Assembly: GCF_009914755.1 (NCBI RefSeq)
Contig: NC_060930.1
Strand: one strand, 5' to 3'
Length of the DNA: 64,000 nt
Source: the human T2T-CHM13v2.0 reference genome, Homo sapiens
Position 1 is the stretch's first letter; the number at the start of each line of letters is the position of its first letter. A model generated the notes under the pieces. It was not told where the DNA came from. It searched no databases and was given only the letters and a program-made list of their open reading frames with translations. Positions 26,648-38,879 of this stretch are shown one piece after another. Made by a program: the position numbers and the translations under genes.

Positions 26648-28106
26648 TGAGAGGTGACAGCGTGCTGGCAGTCCTCACAGCCCTCCTCGCTCTCGGCGCC
26701 TCCTCTATCTGGGCTCCCACTTTGGCGGCACTTGAGGAGCCCTTCAGCCCACCGCTGCACTCTGGGAGCCCCTTTCTGGGCTGGCCAATGCCGGAGCCCG
26801 CTCCCTCAGCTTGCAGGGAGGTGTGGAGGGAGAGGCGCCAGCGGAAACCGGGGCTGCGCGCGGCGCTTGCGGGCCAGCTGGAGTTCCGGGTGGGCGTGGG
26901 CTTGGCGGGCCCTGCACTCGGAGCAGCCGGCCAGCCCTGCCAGTCCTGGGCAATGAGGGGCTTAGCACCCGGGCCAAAGGCTGCGGAGGGTGTACTCGGT
27001 CCCCCAGCAGTGCCAGCCCGCTGGCACTGCGCTCGATTTCTCGCCGGGCCTTAGCTGCCTCCCCGCGGGGCAGGGCTCGGGACCTGCAGCCTGCCATGCC
27101 TGAGCCTCCCCGCGCTCTGTGGGCTCCTGTGCGGCCCGAGCCTCCCCGACGAGCACCGCCCCCTGCTCCACGGCGCCCAGTCCCATCGACCACCCAAAGG
27201 CTGAGGAGTGCGGGCGCGCGGCACGGGACTGGCAGGCAGCTCCACCTGTAGCCCAGGTGCGGGATCCACTGGGTGAGTGAAGCCAGCTGGGCTCCTGAGT
27301 CTGGTGGGGACGTAGAGAACTTTTATGTCTAGCTAAGGGATTGTAAATACACCAGTCGGCACTCTGTCTCTAGCTCAAGGTTTGTAAACACCAATCAGCA
27401 CCCTGTGTCTAGCTCAGGGTTTGTGACTGCACCAATCGACACTCTGTATCTAGCTACTCTGGTGGGGCCTTGGAGAACCTTTATGTCTAGCTCAGGAATT
27501 GTAAATACAGCAATCCGCACTCTGTATCTAACTCAAGGTTTGTAAACACACCAGTCAGCACCCTGTGTCTAGCTCAGGGTTTGTGAATGCACCAATCGAC
27601 ACTCTGTATCTAGCTACTCTGATGGGGCCTTGGAGAACCTTTGTGTGGACACTCTGTATCTAGCTAATCTGGTGGGGACATGGATAACCTTTGTGTCTAG
27701 CTCAGGGATTGTAAACGCACCAATCAGCGCCCTGTCAAAACAGACCACTAGGCTCTACCAATCAGCAAAATGTGGGTGGGGCCAGATAAGAGAATAAAAA
27801 CAGCCTGCCTGAGCCAGCAGTGGCAACCTGCTCGGGTCCCTTTCCACATTGTGGAAGCTTTATTCTTTCACTCTTTGCAATAAATCTTGCTACCGCTCAC
27901 TCTTTGGGTCCACACTGCCTTTATGAGCTGTAACACTCACCGCGAAGGTCTGCAGCTTCACTCCTGAAGCCAGCGAGACCACAAGCCCACTGGGAGGAAC
28001 GAACAAACTCCAGACGCGCCACCTTAAGAGCTGTAACACTCACGGCGAGGGTCCGCGGCTTCATTCTTGAAGTCAGTGAGACTAGAACCCACCAGTTCCG
28101 GACACA
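26648..28106 (+). mobile_element. LTR12C (ERV9) solo LTR, complete
   Basis: Starts TGAGAGGTGACAGCGTGCTGGCAG, ends ttccggacaca; 4-bp TSD gtac (26644-26647, 28107-28110); CpG-rich U3 and tandem enhancer repeats. Confidence 0.97.
27320..27800 (+). promoter_or_regulatory. LTR12C U3 enhancer repeats (CCAAT/NF-Y) and core promoter
   Basis: Repeated tctagct...caccaatc...cactctgt units; GATAAG 27785-27790 and TATA-like AATAAA 27793-27798; R-region poly(A) signal 27879-27884. Confidence 0.8.
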
Positions 28107-28373
28107 GTACTACAAGTCTGGATATGGCCAGTATGATGGTGGGATATATTGACTAACAATCTTGAGATCTAGCTCAGTGTCCCCATAAGGATTTGTATAA
28201 AGTCATTTTATGTCAGTATAAAATTGGCCTATATTACTTTGGTGCCCATTCATTTTAAGTGATGGACAAGAAAATAATATGCTTATTTCTGCTCCGAATG
28301 TCATACTCCAACATGGAAGAGTGATTCAGTGAAGAGCAGGAGATCCACAGTAATGCTGAGCTATATTTATACC

Positions 28374-28609
<236 letters not shown>

Positions 28610-28639
28610 TGAACAAATAATCTTAAAACAATATTACAT

Positions 28640-29560
28640 CCCCTGTTCCTTGAAGGGTAAGCTGGACTTACCAACTTGTTTTTAAAAAATTGAATATGAA
28701 AAGAAGAGTAAGTAATTTTTCCATGGAGAAACCTGAAAAACATGACCTCAGCCGTGTGATGAGTTTCAGTATCAATAATGTTAAGGAAAAAAACAGCAAG
28801 CCCAACATAGTCACTCATGCTAAGGCTTCATGTCATCAAACCAAAATCTGAATTGTTTAATTGAGATAGCTGACCTGCAAAATCAGGAGACATTTGACAT
28901 TCTGAGACTATGGAGCAAGATGGTAGCCAAATGCCATCAAGCCAACAAGATTTTATTTACACGCTTATATGAAAAGTAATCTTAAAACAACCAGACCGCT
29001 ATTCGTTGATTGTTCCTGCTTTTCCTATTTAACAATAATGATGTCATGTTAATAACATGTACCACTTCATATAATGTGATAAGGTTGGTATTTGCCTCTG
29101 TGGTATTCTCAGAGGCAAAACTCATAACCCCAGTATATTCATGACAAAACAATAGGCAAACCCAAATTGAGGAGCATTCTACAAAATCCCTGACCAATAT
29201 CCATTAAAACTGTAAAGATCACGAAAAATAAAGATTTCACAGACCATAGGAGACTAAGAAGACATAACTAAGCACAATTTATAGCATGAGACTGAAACTT
29301 GGAATAGAAAAAAGACCTGTGTTGGGAAAACTAGTTAAATCTGAATAAAATCCAAACTTTAATTCACAGAGTTTAGTAATGTACCAATGTTGGTTTGTTA
29401 GTTGTGACAAATTTACCATGGTTGTATAAAAAAGTAACCATAATAGAAACTGGATAATGAATATATGGGGACTCTCTGTATTATCTTTGCAACTTTTTTG
29501 TAAATGAAAGTTATTCCAAAGTAAAAAGTTTACCAAAAACTTTAAAAATAAAAAAAAATT
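28640..29560 (+). mobile_element. L1MC/MD 3' UTR fragment, interrupted at 28779-29034
   Basis: ggagaaacctgaaaaacatgacctcagcc; atatggggactctctgtattatctttgcaactttt...aaaaagttt 3' end. Confidence 0.75.
28779..29034 (+). mobile_element. Short LTR-like insertion (probable deleted ERV1/MER4-group LTR)
   Basis: Termini TGTTAA...TTAACA and 4-bp TSD ataa (28775-28778, 29035-29038). Confidence 0.55.
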
Positions 29561-29983
29561 ATAGATAAATAAGCAGAATAATGTAGCTAATTACAATCTC
29601 ATTGTATCTTTAATGAAAATAAAATGACCTTGAATATATAAAGTATAAATTTGTCTATTGTATCATCGACATTATGAATCAATAGTTTGACTATTGTGTG
29701 TCTCTTAGAAAAGGATGAATGTTTGCTTTACCACTGGTTTTTTAGGGAGTAGTCAACAAATATTTAGTTAATAAGTGAAAGGTTGAATGAGTGAGTATTC
29801 TTCATGAATGCTCAAAGTAATGTTCTGTCCTGATCTTTGGAAATTCCATCCACTTGATCAGATTTGTAGTAACATTTATATTATTACCAAGTAAGTATTT
29901 GAAATTATATTCTGCTATTCTAAAAAAAAATGCACTTTGTAGAATCTGCTCTACCTCATTATTATTATTAAAGTTTTTGTCAT

Positions 29984-30231
29984 TTATTTATTTATTTTAG
30001 AGATGAGATCTTACTCTGTTGCTCAGGCTGGAGGGCAGTGCAGTGGTGTGATCATAGCTCACCACAGCATCAAACTCCTAGGCTCAAGCACCTCAGAGCC
30101 ACCATGCCTGGCTAATTTTAAAATAGTTTTTTGTTGCCCAGGCTGATCTCAAACTCCTTTCCTCAAGTGATCCGTGATATTTAGCCTCCCAAAGCATTGG
30201 GATTACAGGTGTAAGCCACTTACTCCCAACC
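29984..30231 (-). mobile_element. AluJ with internal deletion
   Basis: gatcatagctcaccacagcatcaaactcctaggctcaagc; ctcccaaagcattgggattacaggtg. Confidence 0.85.
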
Positions 30232-31104
30232 CTTTCCCTCCTGATTATTAAAATAAAGTCTACGCCCATAGCCATAACGTTGATATGAGGATATCTCTGT
30301 TTTGGTGTCTTCACTTGGTATTTATGTGACGTCATTAACACTTATTTTTATATTTTGTTAGAAAATCTTGCACTTCTGTAGTTTCCAAGAGCTCTCTTCA
30401 GTTAGCTGTAAAAAGTTTGCCAATTAGTAAAGATAAATGCTAGAGACACACAAGCAAGACTAGGAACAATGACAAAAGTAGCAGATTCAAGCAAATGACT
30501 GTGGCAGTTTAGAACAAGTCACTGCAGACAGAAGAAGCCACTTAATGGAAATGTGAATAACAAATACATAAATGTAAATGGAAATAATTAGGAAGCTCTG
30601 TGGCCAAATGATGAGGTAACCACATGGAATGGAGCAGAACCTAGCAACAAACCTATAGAAAAAGAGAGGTTTTTTTTTTTTTTTTTCAGAGACTGAGACA
30701 CTGGATTGGTGCCTGAAACTGGTACACACAGTGGGAGGAACGGATGAGAGCAAGCATGGACAACCACATCCCTTGCCAAGCAAGCATCAGAGCTAGAATG
30801 GCTGGTGAGGTTGGGTTGGATAGAAGCAACTTCTGAAGTGCTATGTAGAAATTATACCTTTGCTTGTGTTCACAGTGCTTCTAGAATGGTGCTTCCTAAT
30901 TAACCCCACTTAACTTAAAGTGGTTCTTAACCATATAATTTTCAAGGTTTCTATGAACTACCTGAAACGTATATAAAAATATAGGCAGATATGTCCATAT
31001 TAGTATTTATTATCTGGAGTCAAAGCTTCTCCTTAGGCTGTGGGACTCAAAGACAGGTTGGGTGGAAGAGAATGAGTGGAAGCAAGAGGAAGAGCAGGAA
31101 TACA

Positions 31105-31330
31105 AGAAATAACATTCATGGAGTGCAGCCTGCACAACAGAATAGTGTCAAGAGTCTTATCTGAATTAGCAACTCAAATCCTCACAGTTGCATGAGCTAA
31201 GTACTGTTATTATCCTCATTTTACAATCAAGCAAAAAAAAAGTGTGCAGCTTGCCCAAATTCACACTGCTCATGGTCAGGACTATCAACTGTAAAGCCCA
31301 AACAAATGTTCACAGTGTTATACTGTCCTC
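31105..31330 (-). mobile_element. MIR
   Basis: aatcctcaca...ctgttattatcctcattttaca...cttgcccaaattcacactgct. Confidence 0.65.
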
Positions 31331-32889
31331 TTGGAAACCAAAAACTATCAAAAGTCACTCGCCTACATGGATGGGAATGATAGTTCTAGCAGCAATTTTT
31401 TAAAAATAAAACCAGTTTCAACACAGTCAAGAAGACAATGATAAAAGTCAGTAAATTATTCACTAATTTTTTTCAAGGTGCTTAATTTACATTCCGTGAG
31501 TTATCTAGGCCATGACAATATCTGGCCTTATAGATAACTTATGTGCTGGTTTTGATTTTTGCTCCTCTACCAAAAAATAGAAAGCTGTTTGAAACAACTT
31601 CAAAGTCATGAAGAAAATGTGTTTTAATTTGGCAGTCTGTGTCAATTTAATCTTGGTGACCCAAATGGCAAGCTCCGATTAGAACTCAGAGTTCTGGACT
31701 TCTTATTCACTGCTCTCAACCTTAGGGACTTCTAATTTTCATGAAACTTAGACTAGAACTCGTGGGAACAGCAACAGTAGTGCAACCATAGCTAAAGAAA
31801 ATGAGTGTATCTGGGGAGCCTCATCAAAAAAGAGAAACGTTCTTTCCTTTCATCAACTCAGGGGATTCTAGCAAACTGTCTGCCAACTTTCATGTTTTCA
31901 CCTTTATTTTTTTCAGCTGAACTTACTGCAGCTCCCATTGGTGAAACCTCTGGGCATGCTTACAAGGTTGTGAAATCAAGGCCTATCCCCGTTGCTAGAG
32001 TTTACAATCAAAAGAGCACAGAACAAATACAAAAATAAGCCTCATCACATAGGACTGGCAAACTCAAGGAAGATCTTGGACTTAATTATTTTGAAAACCT
32101 AAAATGAAGGGTTTGTTTCAGAAAAGAAAGAGAAGGCAATGAGTTAGATACAGGCATTTGGGCTTCAAAGGCCTGGAGCTGTTAAAAACGTAGGTTTCTT
32201 TTCCAGATTACAACTTTTCACACCCACTGGGGTTCATTCTTTTGCAGAAATGCATTCTGCCTTTTAGAAGGAAAATATTATCTTCAGCTCTCTGAATTAC
32301 TCAAGGCAAACTCTGAAGCCAGGAGCATCCATAATCATATTATCATCACAGACAATAATACAGCATTAGAAACAGCAAGTTCCCTGATACAACTCAATGA
32401 AACCCATAGTCGGGTTCTCTATGTCATATTAACATATCCAAGTCAACTCCTATGCTATATTTCTGTCTTTCTCAAAATAAGAGTTATCACTGTTATAGAA
32501 TAAGGGAATTATCAATGTTATACAAATCTGCTGCCAGCATTGAGTTATTTGGTGCGTGTCAGCCATCCATCATCTGTACACAGAAGCTGCACACAGAATC
32601 TGTGTAGACTCAACTACCTGTTTCATTATGATATTCAAATGGAAAAATGCCCAGAGTTCCTGCAAAATAAAGTTACTTACACAGAGCTTACTACATAATA
32701 CAAACCCAATAAATCTTGACTATTATTTAATTATTGTTAATTTTTCATGATTCTCCCTCTGACATTAACATTTGAAAGAACATCTTCATGAAATCATAGG
32801 TAGAGATAACCAAACCTTAGGAAGTTTTATCAGCTTACAGAACAACTAACATACACCAAAAATATATCATTCTATTTAATAGAGAAAAA

Positions 32890-33050
32890 AAGCTAAGATT
32901 TCACAACCTCTCTTCCTGATTCATTTCAGTGTTTAACAACCCTGTCAGGAAATTCCTCAATTATTCTAACCCAGCTACCTCATACTGCAGTTTAAGTTTA
33001 TTTCCTCATATTCTGGCTTCAATAGAGATAAAGAACAGATGGTCACTATC
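32890..33050 (-). mobile_element. L3/CR1 LINE relic
   Basis: ttcacaacctctctt...cagtgtttaacaaccctgtcaggaaattcctc resembles the CR1 ORF2 3' antisense motif. Confidence 0.55.
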
Positions 33051-34619
33051 CTTTGCATAATAATAATATTAATGTTTTATGGGTACAAAGACTTAGTAAA
33101 TCTTTTCTTGATTATTTTCTTTACCACAAGAAAGTCTAGTTCATTAAACATCATCAGTAGCACTGTGTTTGAATATACTAGACAAGTGTTAAATATCAAG
33201 AAAACACATCTATTATTTGTAACGTGCACAAAACATTCTCAAATTTGAATATTTTGAGCAACCATCTGCATACACTATATTTCAGCAAGGTAGCAAATGA
33301 TGTTTTTGAATATTTACTTGAAGAAGAGAAAATTCTTAATTAAGCAATAGTAGAATAAGTTCTGCAGAAAAATTAAAATGATTTGGATAGAGTTTGTCAT
33401 ATTTTTGAATTCACGTTCAACTTAAAAGATAACCGAATAATTTTAGATTAATTTACCTAGGCCAATATAAACTTCAGAACAAATTATGAAGAAATACTTT
33501 ATAAAAACAAAACCACAAAGTTCTGAATAAAAAAATAACACCTATCATCAATGAGCCTTTGATAAGACTGATGAAATAAGCAAACATCTGTTAACTTAGC
33601 TAAGAAAAGTTGAGAGTATGTCAACTCTCAAATATAAGATAAAAACAAAAATTTTTACTAAAAAGTAGAATGTCTAAAACATGGACAGTTAGAGGATTTT
33701 TGTGTATATTTTAAAAGCGAAAGAAAGATTTCTGGCATCAAAAGGGCAATTCGCTTATCTACATCTTCAGGGATTAAATTTTATCATTTTAGTTGTTTGT
33801 CATCTTATTGTGTTTCTCTTTTCTGTGTGTTTTTTCCCAGTATATTTGTTGTCTCTGTCTCTCTCACACACACTTTCACATGTCCAGAAACTTTCCAGCT
33901 TTTAAAAAACTATTCACTCATAAAATTAAATTCTATTCCTATTAACAAATCACTTATATATTGAAAATTATAAGAATTCAATCTAAAAAGCGTGAATGGC
34001 TTTTCGTCTCCCTAGTACTCTGGGATAGAATGTTGATGTTTTACAAGTCTGCTCTAATTTTCACAGGAGTGGACAAACCTACACACAGAGCTGAACATTA
34101 CATATTTTCCTGACTTGTTTTCTACAATTTTTATACTTACCCAAATCCAACATGCTTTTTCCTAGAAAATGTTCTCAGGTTCTTAAACTGTTCATTTCAG
34201 GAAAACTCAATCTACTTGTATGGTTCGGTCTTGTGTATCATCTTACACAGTAACAAAAAAGCAAATTTGATTCATTTAAATTACAGTTAAATTTATTTCT
34301 AAAAGACAAATATATCTTTGTCCACTTAAATGGATGTATGTCCATCTCACATGTGTGAGAGATTGGTTGTTAAGAACTCACAGCACCAATATATCCATAT
34401 TTGTGCTAACAGAGCATGCTAACTTCCTTTTCCTAATCCCTGCATATTTTGTTCTACAGTTGTCCTATAAACATACAATGTAAAAGTACAGCTTCCCATT
34501 CATTAGTGGAAACATGTAAGCTATGTGCATGTCAAAATCTTATTTTAAAGAATTTCAAATAAATTTTAAAGAACTCTTTTAAAATTCCTAATTGTGTTAG
34601 ACTCCTCTTTTGAATATTT

Positions 34620-34850
34620 TCATGACACCTTCTACTTCTTGTTTACCACAATTAGCATGGGTATAATTATTAAATTACTTTGTAATTACTTGTTTATAAT
34701 TTTTTAAATTACATTGAAATTATTTGTTTTATCTCCCTCTCCCCTGAAAGCATCTAAATTCCTTGGGTGTAAGAACCACATCTCTGTTGCTCACTAGTGC
34801 ATTGCTGCATAATGTAGGTAATGGAATATTTATGGAATAAAAGAATTAGT
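34620..34850 (+). mobile_element. L2 3' fragment
   Basis: tctaaattccttgggtgtaagaaccacatct...gcataatgtaggta...atatttatggaataa. Confidence 0.5.
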
Positions 34851-36845
34851 TAATAGATTTCAAGTTTCTGACTTCTAATTAAAATTGGGAATAATATTTT
34901 ACGGCTCTAAGAAATGGCCTGTGGAAAGTTGGATTCTTGGCACTAAAACCAAATTCATTTGGATTGCTGCTACTTACTATTTCCAGTTCTGTTACTGACT
35001 ATGATGCCAGTAAGGATAGAGAGAGTGAGGATACATTTCTCTGGCTCATTGAGCCATTTATAAATGAGAGAAAGTGACTATCCTGATAGTCTCTTTATTT
35101 TATGCAATTTTAAAGTGTTTGAATGACAGTTATGTCATAAAATAAAGTTATTCCATTAAGCATCTTTACATAAAATGATTTTGCAGTGCAAATCATATCC
35201 CTAGAGATGGTTATATAAACTCCTTCACTTAATCAACAGAAAGAAGATGCTTCTCTTGTCCTCACATGTCAGAATTGTAAAGGCATTCTACTATATAAGT
35301 TGTGTATCACTTTATGTTCATTATATCCATGACAATGTAAAACTAATTATGGGGAAAATCCCTGAAGCTCATTAGCTTTCATCCTCCCTTTAGGATCAAT
35401 TATATAAAGAAAATGCGTTTCCGTAAGTAAGTGTTTTTGGCTCATCTCATCTCTATCTCATTTGGTCTTAGTAAACATGAATATTTACTTGAACTTGTCA
35501 ACTTTTGAACAAGGTGTCCTGCTTCCAAAAATATTTATTTGGATTCTGGCCCACTGACCAAAAAAAAAAAAAAAAAAAGTCAGAAATCAGCCTGAGTAAT
35601 ACAGTTATGCCAAGACTTATCTGACTGGCAGTCAGGGGGCGACCCACGGAGGGTCAGATCCGCAAAATATTTCTCTCTGTTTCTTTAGACTCAAACAGCG
35701 CTGGGAAAGTTTCAAATATTTGGGGCCTGGAGAGCTAATGTTCTCATTCTATTAAAAGTTATTAACAGAAACATCCTTTCTCATCAATACCAGTTATCCA
35801 ATCCAAAGAATGGTATTAATCACAAAGAATTATCTTAATTTAGCAATCGTAATGCCTGTACATAATTTAACATGAAAATAAGGAAGATCCAAGTTATTTA
35901 AGTAAATTTATTTGAAGGGCAATAGAAGTATGGATGACTCTTTCTTGTGAACTCTAATAAAGTCTTCAAAAGCAATGTAACCTGAACCAGCAGTGGCCTC
36001 TATTTGTCTAATATACAGTAAAAGCCTTCACTAGCCTCTCCAGTGAATGATTTGACAAAATAAAACTTGCAACTTGAACCATATTATATGGTACATTAGG
36101 CAGAAAATGCCAAGAGCAGAAGGCAATCATCGGATGCGGGATCCGTGAAGCAAATTTACTGGAACTGTTAGTAAATTTACTGGATCATTGCTTTTGGAAT
36201 TCAACATAAATCATGCAGGTCACTGTATTTAGAAAAAGTGTGTAACTGCCTAGATGAAATGTCAAAGATTGATAACAGAATGCTCCCTGATATTGCTTTT
36301 GTTGAGAATGCCTAGCACTTAGCTCAGCTTTTCCTTTCAGATCCAGACAAATGCAATTCAATCCCTATTCAAATAAAGGGCATGGGATAGTCTTTCAAAA
36401 TCAATAATAGAAAATTGCTTTTGGAAAGCCAAATAGAAAATACACTGCCATTTGCGTATCTTAGGACATAGCCCCACAGATTGTGGTCCTACATTTAATT
36501 TGAGTCAACTCTCCAGCCAAAAGTGCTAAGCAGGAGCAAATGCCCAGTAAAAGAAAGTTGCTGCCATCTGCAGGCTTTGTGGAACTTCATCCTAACTAAA
36601 CATTTTTTTGAATTTAAAGAACAAAGAATCCTTGTAGTAAACAGATTTGATGTATCAGCCTACATTACTCTAAAACAAAACTCTTAGAAAGCTCCTTGCT
36701 TACCAGAACCTTCCAGATAATCTCTGAGATTTCTGCACATTAGTCAGACTTTATCTTTTAAACCAGGATGCATTTAATTTTTAAAAGTATGTTAAAACAT
36801 TGAATGGTTTTAGTAAATTAGCTTTCTTGTATAATGTAATACATA

Positions 36846-37148
36846 GGCCAGGCGCAGTGGCTCACATCTGTAACCCCATCACTTTGTGAAGTCAAGATGG
36901 GAATATCACTTGAGCGCAGGAGTTCAAAACCAGCCTGGGCAACATACCAAGAACCCGTTTCCACACACAAAAATAATTAAAAATTAGCCAGGCATGGTGG
37001 TGCACCTATGGTCCCAACTACTCGGGAGGCTGAGGTAGAAGGACCTCTTTAGTCCAGGAGATCAAAGTAGCTGTGAGCTGTGATCATGCCACTGCACTCC
37101 ACCCTGGATGACAGAGCGAGACCATATCTCAAAAAAGTAAAGAAAGAA
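36846..37148 (+). mobile_element. AluJ, full length
   Basis: cacttgagcgcaggagttcaaaaccagcctgggcaacata; gtgagctgtgatcatgccactgcac; TSD gtaatacata / gtaatgcata. Confidence 0.9.
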
Positions 37149-37269
37149 AGTAATGCATAAACAGCAGTAAGGATCTCTGATAACCTTTATATTTCCATAG
37201 CAGTATTCAACTCTATCTAATTTTTGTCATTTATAACCACCTAATTAATAACCTATAAATTACTACCAT

Positions 37270-37520
37270 AGGCAGTATGGCAAAATGATTAGCAGCTCAA
37301 AATCTGAAGTTAGAGGCCTCCTTTTCCAGTTCTGGTTCTACAACTTATTAGTGGTATAACATTGGACAAGTAACTTGGCATCTCTGTGCCTCAGTTTCAT
37401 CATCATTAAAATAAAAAAATAGACACTCCATGTGGGTATTGTGAGTTTTAAATAAGGGAATGTACTCAGGGCACTGATAACAGTGACTGACACTTAGTTC
37501 ATTAAATGTTAGCCTTATAA
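37270..37520 (+). mobile_element. MIR, near full length
   Basis: ggcagtatggcaaaatgattagcagc...ctctgtgcctcagtttcatcatc...cattaaatgttagc. Confidence 0.8.
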
Positions 37521-37602
37521 TGATCAATGTTATTATCATAGCAAAACTCACACATGCAGAATTAAAGAATAGCATTTTATTATTTCTGTATATAAATTTG
37601 TT

Positions 37603-37618
37603 TGTGTGTGTGTGTTTA

Positions 37619-37652
<34 letters not shown>
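37603..37652. repeat. Compound (TG)n(TA)n microsatellite
   Basis: Direct reading. Confidence 0.9.
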
Positions 37653-37653
<1 letters not shown>

Positions 37654-37711
37654 GCAGGTATTATATACATTCCCATATGTCAACATGGTCCTAAAACCAA
37701 AGTGTTTATAC

Positions 37712-37870
37712 CAGTGATTCTTAAATTTGATTGAGCATTGGAATCACCTTAGGAGCTCTTAAAAATTATGAATGCTACAACTTTAGTTACAATGATTATG
37801 ATGTTAATAAACTTTTTTTTTCAAAGCTCCCCAAGTGATTCTAATGTGTCAACAAAGTTGAGAACAAGTG
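37712..37870. mobile_element. MER5 (hAT-Charlie) MITE
   Basis: cagtgattcttaaa...gaatcacct...aagctccccaagtgattctaatgtg...ttgagaacaagtg. Confidence 0.75.
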
Positions 37871-38154
37871 TTATATATTTAGTTACATGTTTTTATTATA
37901 AAACATAAAACTAAAAAATAGATTATTTTAACTGTAGCCATGAATTGAAAATTTGTTATAATATTCATCAACTGTATAACAACTTTTACCATGTCTTGTA
38001 TATTCCTTTTCAATATTACGCCAAGACCATTTATTTATAAAATAAACCATTTTTCTAGTTGTCAGCAGACTTTACTGGTGAATTGAATAAAAATCCTGTA
38101 CTTATTTTTACCTACCAGCAACAATACCAGTAAGATTTTGTTATTAAAGTATAC

Positions 38155-38198
38155 CTGATTATTTGGTACGTGTTAGGCGGGGCTATGCTATTGTTAGA
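38155..38198 (-). other. Candidate 44-nt exon
   Basis: ccctaaacttctatcag|TCTAAC...AATCAG|gtatac; only one open frame (SNNSIAPPNTYQII); retained CpGs. Confidence 0.2.
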
Positions 38199-38289
38199 CT
38201 GATAGAAGTTTAGGGACACAGTTATGATAAAGATCATCTACTCCACTACTCAGTCTTTTAAACCTATGCCCACTTTTGAGAAATGACAA

Positions 38290-38500
38290 TGATAGCTAAT
38301 AATTGACAAAATGTACTAGGAGCTTATCATGTGTCAGCTACTATTCTGTGTGTACTCTGAGGTACTTATGAGGTAACTATTGTTACATCTCAACTTTTGA
38401 GTACAGAAATATAAATAACAAAAATGTTGAATAGCTCACTAGCTATAGCCTGGCCTGGCCAGGATTCAAACCCAAGGAGTTGGCTTCAAAACCCACAAGG
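38290..38500 (-). mobile_element. MIR fragment
   Basis: ggccaggattcaaacccaagg...ggcttcaaaaccca. Confidence 0.55.
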
Positions 38501-38765
38501 GCATTTGCTATGAACATTTGGAAATAATAACAAAAACTGTGCACTTTATCAATATATGAATTTTAAAAATAGGTTCTTAATTTTTCTAAATATTTTATAA
38601 TATTTAATGTACCTTTTAAAACAATTATAGAAACCCAAGAACTCTGATACTTCGGTCTTACTCTCCGAATCGAAAATCATTTCTCTTTTTCAACTTTCCC
38701 ATTTTACAGAGTCATGCCTTTAGGAGTATTTCTTAAACACCTATACTGAGTGATGAACCAAATAT

Positions 38766-38819
38766 TTAGGTCAGTGCAAATGTAATTGCAGCTTTATTAT
38801 TATGTTTGCACCAACCTAA
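38766..38819. mobile_element. MADE1 (Hsmar1 MITE), internally deleted
   Basis: TIRs ttaggtcagtgcaaatgtaattgc / tttgcaccaacctaa followed by TA. Confidence 0.8.
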
Positions 38820-38879
38820 TACATTCTTTTCTTCAATGACATTTTCAAAAATAGCTATATAAATGAAGAAAAGATATTA

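Noticed and set aside
26654-27269. Six overlapping GC-rich ORFs of 72-149 aa
   Set aside because: All lie in LTR12C U3; open frames reflect high GC content and scarcity of stop codons
27320-27740. Repeat-spacer-like array resembling CRISPR
   Set aside because: These are the standard LTR12 tandem enhancer repeats; eukaryotic context, no unique spacers or cas genes
38630-38740. CpG-containing segment with a minus-strand GA|gtaaga donor
   Set aside because: All frames from plausible acceptors contain stops; no support as a coding exon
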